From Candidatus Omnitrophota bacterium (GTDB lineage: Bacteria; Omnitrophota; Omnitrophia; Omnitrophales; Aquincolibacteriaceae), in the NCBI GenBank assembly GCA_023247135.1, contig JAHFHB010000001.1, positions 1 through 24,702 of the forward strand: 24,702 nucleotides of DNA, written 5' to 3'. The notes under the pieces were generated by a model. It made no database searches and was not told the origin of the DNA. It saw only the letters and a list, made by a program, of their open reading frames with translations. Each line of letters opens with the position of its first letter. The first letter of the stretch is position 1. Shown piece by piece: positions 24,427-24,702 of this stretch. The position numbers were made by a program, and so were the translations under genes.

Positions 24427-24702
24427 GTGAGTGTCGAGAAAGCCGGCGATGAAATCCTGCATGTCATGGTGGCGGACAAGGACCCTGCGGTTCTTGAGCT
24501 CGTCGCCACACGCCTTACGAATCGGGGTATGCGCGTCAGCATCGCGGAAACAACCGAAGACCTCCTGAAACAACTAGACCGGGAACCGGCAGACATCGTC
24601 TTGATCTCTTCCGACATGGAACGCCTGGGCGGGCGCTACCCCGTGGAGCGCATCCGCGACCGCTCCCACCTCACGGCTGTTCCTGTGGTGCTCATGACAC
24701 GC
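24427..24702 (+). CDS. receiver-domain protein with non-canonical phosphorylation site, 3'-truncated (not in the ORF track)
   Basis: RBS AGGAGG then GTG 24427. Hand translation MSVEKAGDEILHVMVADKDPAVLELVATRL...DIVLISSDME...VPVVLMT follows the REC beta/alpha pattern and is open to the window end. Confidence 0.8.
   Translation, partial: MSVEKAGDEILHVMVADKDPAVLELVATRLTNRGMRVSIAETTEDLLKQLDREPADIVLISSDMERLGGRYPVERIRDRSHLTAVPVVLMTR

Noticed and set aside
1-24702. Assigning the window to a specific phylum (gene style is compatible with PVC/Omnitrophota-like or deltaproteobacterial lineages) or calling it a mobile island
   Set aside because: No marker genes, integrase, transposase, tRNA or att sites are present; a taxonomic search would be required.

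Overview
A 24.7-kb gene-dense bacterial region, roughly mid-50s % GC by eye. A lipid A acyltransferase family gene suggests a diderm organism, but the taxon cannot be fixed from the sequence. No rRNA, tRNA, CRISPR array, transposase or integrase was recognised. Left to right it holds: a 5'-truncated MFS transporter; delta-9-type fatty acid desaturase #1; a yeast FCY1-type cytosine deaminase; a three-gene locus of unknown secreted proteins centred on a ~1330-aa Cys-rich protein with a C-terminal HExxHxxxxxH zinc-peptidase motif; an LpxL-family acyltransferase; a DUF378-like protein; a divergent CarD homolog; desaturase #2; ogt; a LysE exporter behind a terminator; a PHP lipoprotein; and a desaturase #3-arsC-acr3 run. 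Then come a sigma54-type amt-glnK operon, a GT2 / SPL-like radical SAM / atypical PLP enzyme operon, fchA-folD-panB, and a 3'-truncated pseudo-receiver protein. The best candidates for undescribed biology are the secreted metallopeptidase plus partner locus and the GT2 / radical SAM / PLP operon with altered catalytic residues. Also notable are three desaturase paralogs in 15 kb, a FolD lacking cyclohydrolase residues next to FchA, a CarD lacking the Trp wedge, and a palindromic repeat that supplies a gene's C-terminus and stop codon. All family calls come from motif recognition by eye; no database search was run.
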